Source: a virus (lineage: Duplodnaviria > Caudoviricetes). Taken from it: 36,446 nt of DNA. Shown one piece after another: positions 35,836-36,446 of the stretch. The notes beneath the pieces are model-generated. The model was not told the DNA's origin. It searched no databases and worked only from the letters and a program-made list of their open reading frames with translations. Every line of letters begins with the position of its first letter. Within the stretch, counting starts at the first letter, position 1. A program made the translations under genes and the position numbers. The DNA lies in IMG/VR virus record IMGVR_UViG_3300037310_000612, positions 1 through 36,446 of that record; one strand, 5' to 3'.

Positions 35836-36446
35836 AAGGGAATACTTTCAGTGCCTTCAATACTCTCTTCAATTTCGGGAAAATAATTAATTTTTTCTGA
35901 ATCAGTTATTGCGATTGTTGGGGATGGTTGTTGATTGTTTAAGAGCTCTTTAAGCGATTCTGACATAGCATTTGCGGCTACTTCAGGAGAAAATCTTTGT
36001 TGTTCTGGAGCATTTAAATCTAATTTCCAGTCATAGCTAGATCGGTGAGCTCTTAAAGAATTATTTACGTACAATCGCCCAAAAATAACCTTTTTAGTGG
36101 CATCCGTACTCGAAAGCTCTATGGTGATGGGATTTAAAAAAACCTTAGGCGATTGTTCGCACAAAGCCAACAAAATAGTTTTACTGAACCAAGTATCCAG
36201 ACCTGAAATTACCTCGTAAACTTTATCGGCATTTATGAGTAGGTGTAATTTTTTACTAGTGCCGAAATCGGTTTTCTTTTCAGTAACATAGCAATCTGAA
36301 AGGAAACCAGTAATGTTAGATTCTGTAATAGGGATCGCTTTTTCGGTTACGGTATCCCACAAATGCCAATACGAGTTTTGCGATTTTTCTACATAGATTC
36401 TGGTAGGTCTTTGCGCAACACCGAGTCCTAGTTTTTGTGCTTCCAT
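35832..36446 (-). CDS. Hypothetical protein, possible SSB-like
   Basis: Beta-rich body and an acidic tail ending ESIPF, as in SSB C-termini. Confidence 0.5.
   Translation of the reverse strand: MEAQKLGLGVAQRPTRIYVEKSQNSYWHLWDTVTEKAIPITESNITGFLSDCYVTEKKTDFGTSKKLHLLINADKVYEVISGLDTWFSKTILLALCEQSPKVFLNPITIELSSTDATKKVIFGRLYVNNSLRAHRSSYDWKLDLNAPEQQRFSPEVAANAMSESLKELLNNQQPSPTIAITDSEKINYFPEIEESIEGTESIPF

Overview
AT-rich segment of a contractile-tailed (myovirus-like) phage or prophage whose host is almost certainly a cyanobacterium. Host evidence: at least 10 HIP1 GCGATCGC sites, a cyanobacterial-type tRNA-Tyr, and an nblA-like gene missed by the ORF track. It encodes head genes (TerL, portal, scaffold, capsid, connectors), tail genes (sheath, tube, chaperone, tape measure, hub with an inserted GH19 domain, spike, baseplate, fibres), a GH19 endolysin, NrdB, and a replication block (family A polymerase, PriCT-2/UL9-like SF2 helicase, PD-(D/E)XK nuclease, T7 endo I-like resolvase, kinase). 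The structural genes are unusually scrambled across both strands. The strongest unexplained signal is a family of six dispersed, intergenic 55-58 bp imperfect palindromes (TGGTCA...ATAGCGCGCTAT...TGACCA), present in both orientations at module junctions and resembling recombination, protelomerase or origin sites. Other signals: a TACGTA-N5-TATAMT promoter/operator motif mostly before non-structural genes, a perfect 30-bp palindrome, an apparent +1 frameshift in the tail chaperone, and several +1 frame breaks at A-runs. All protein calls are from motif recognition only; no searches were run.
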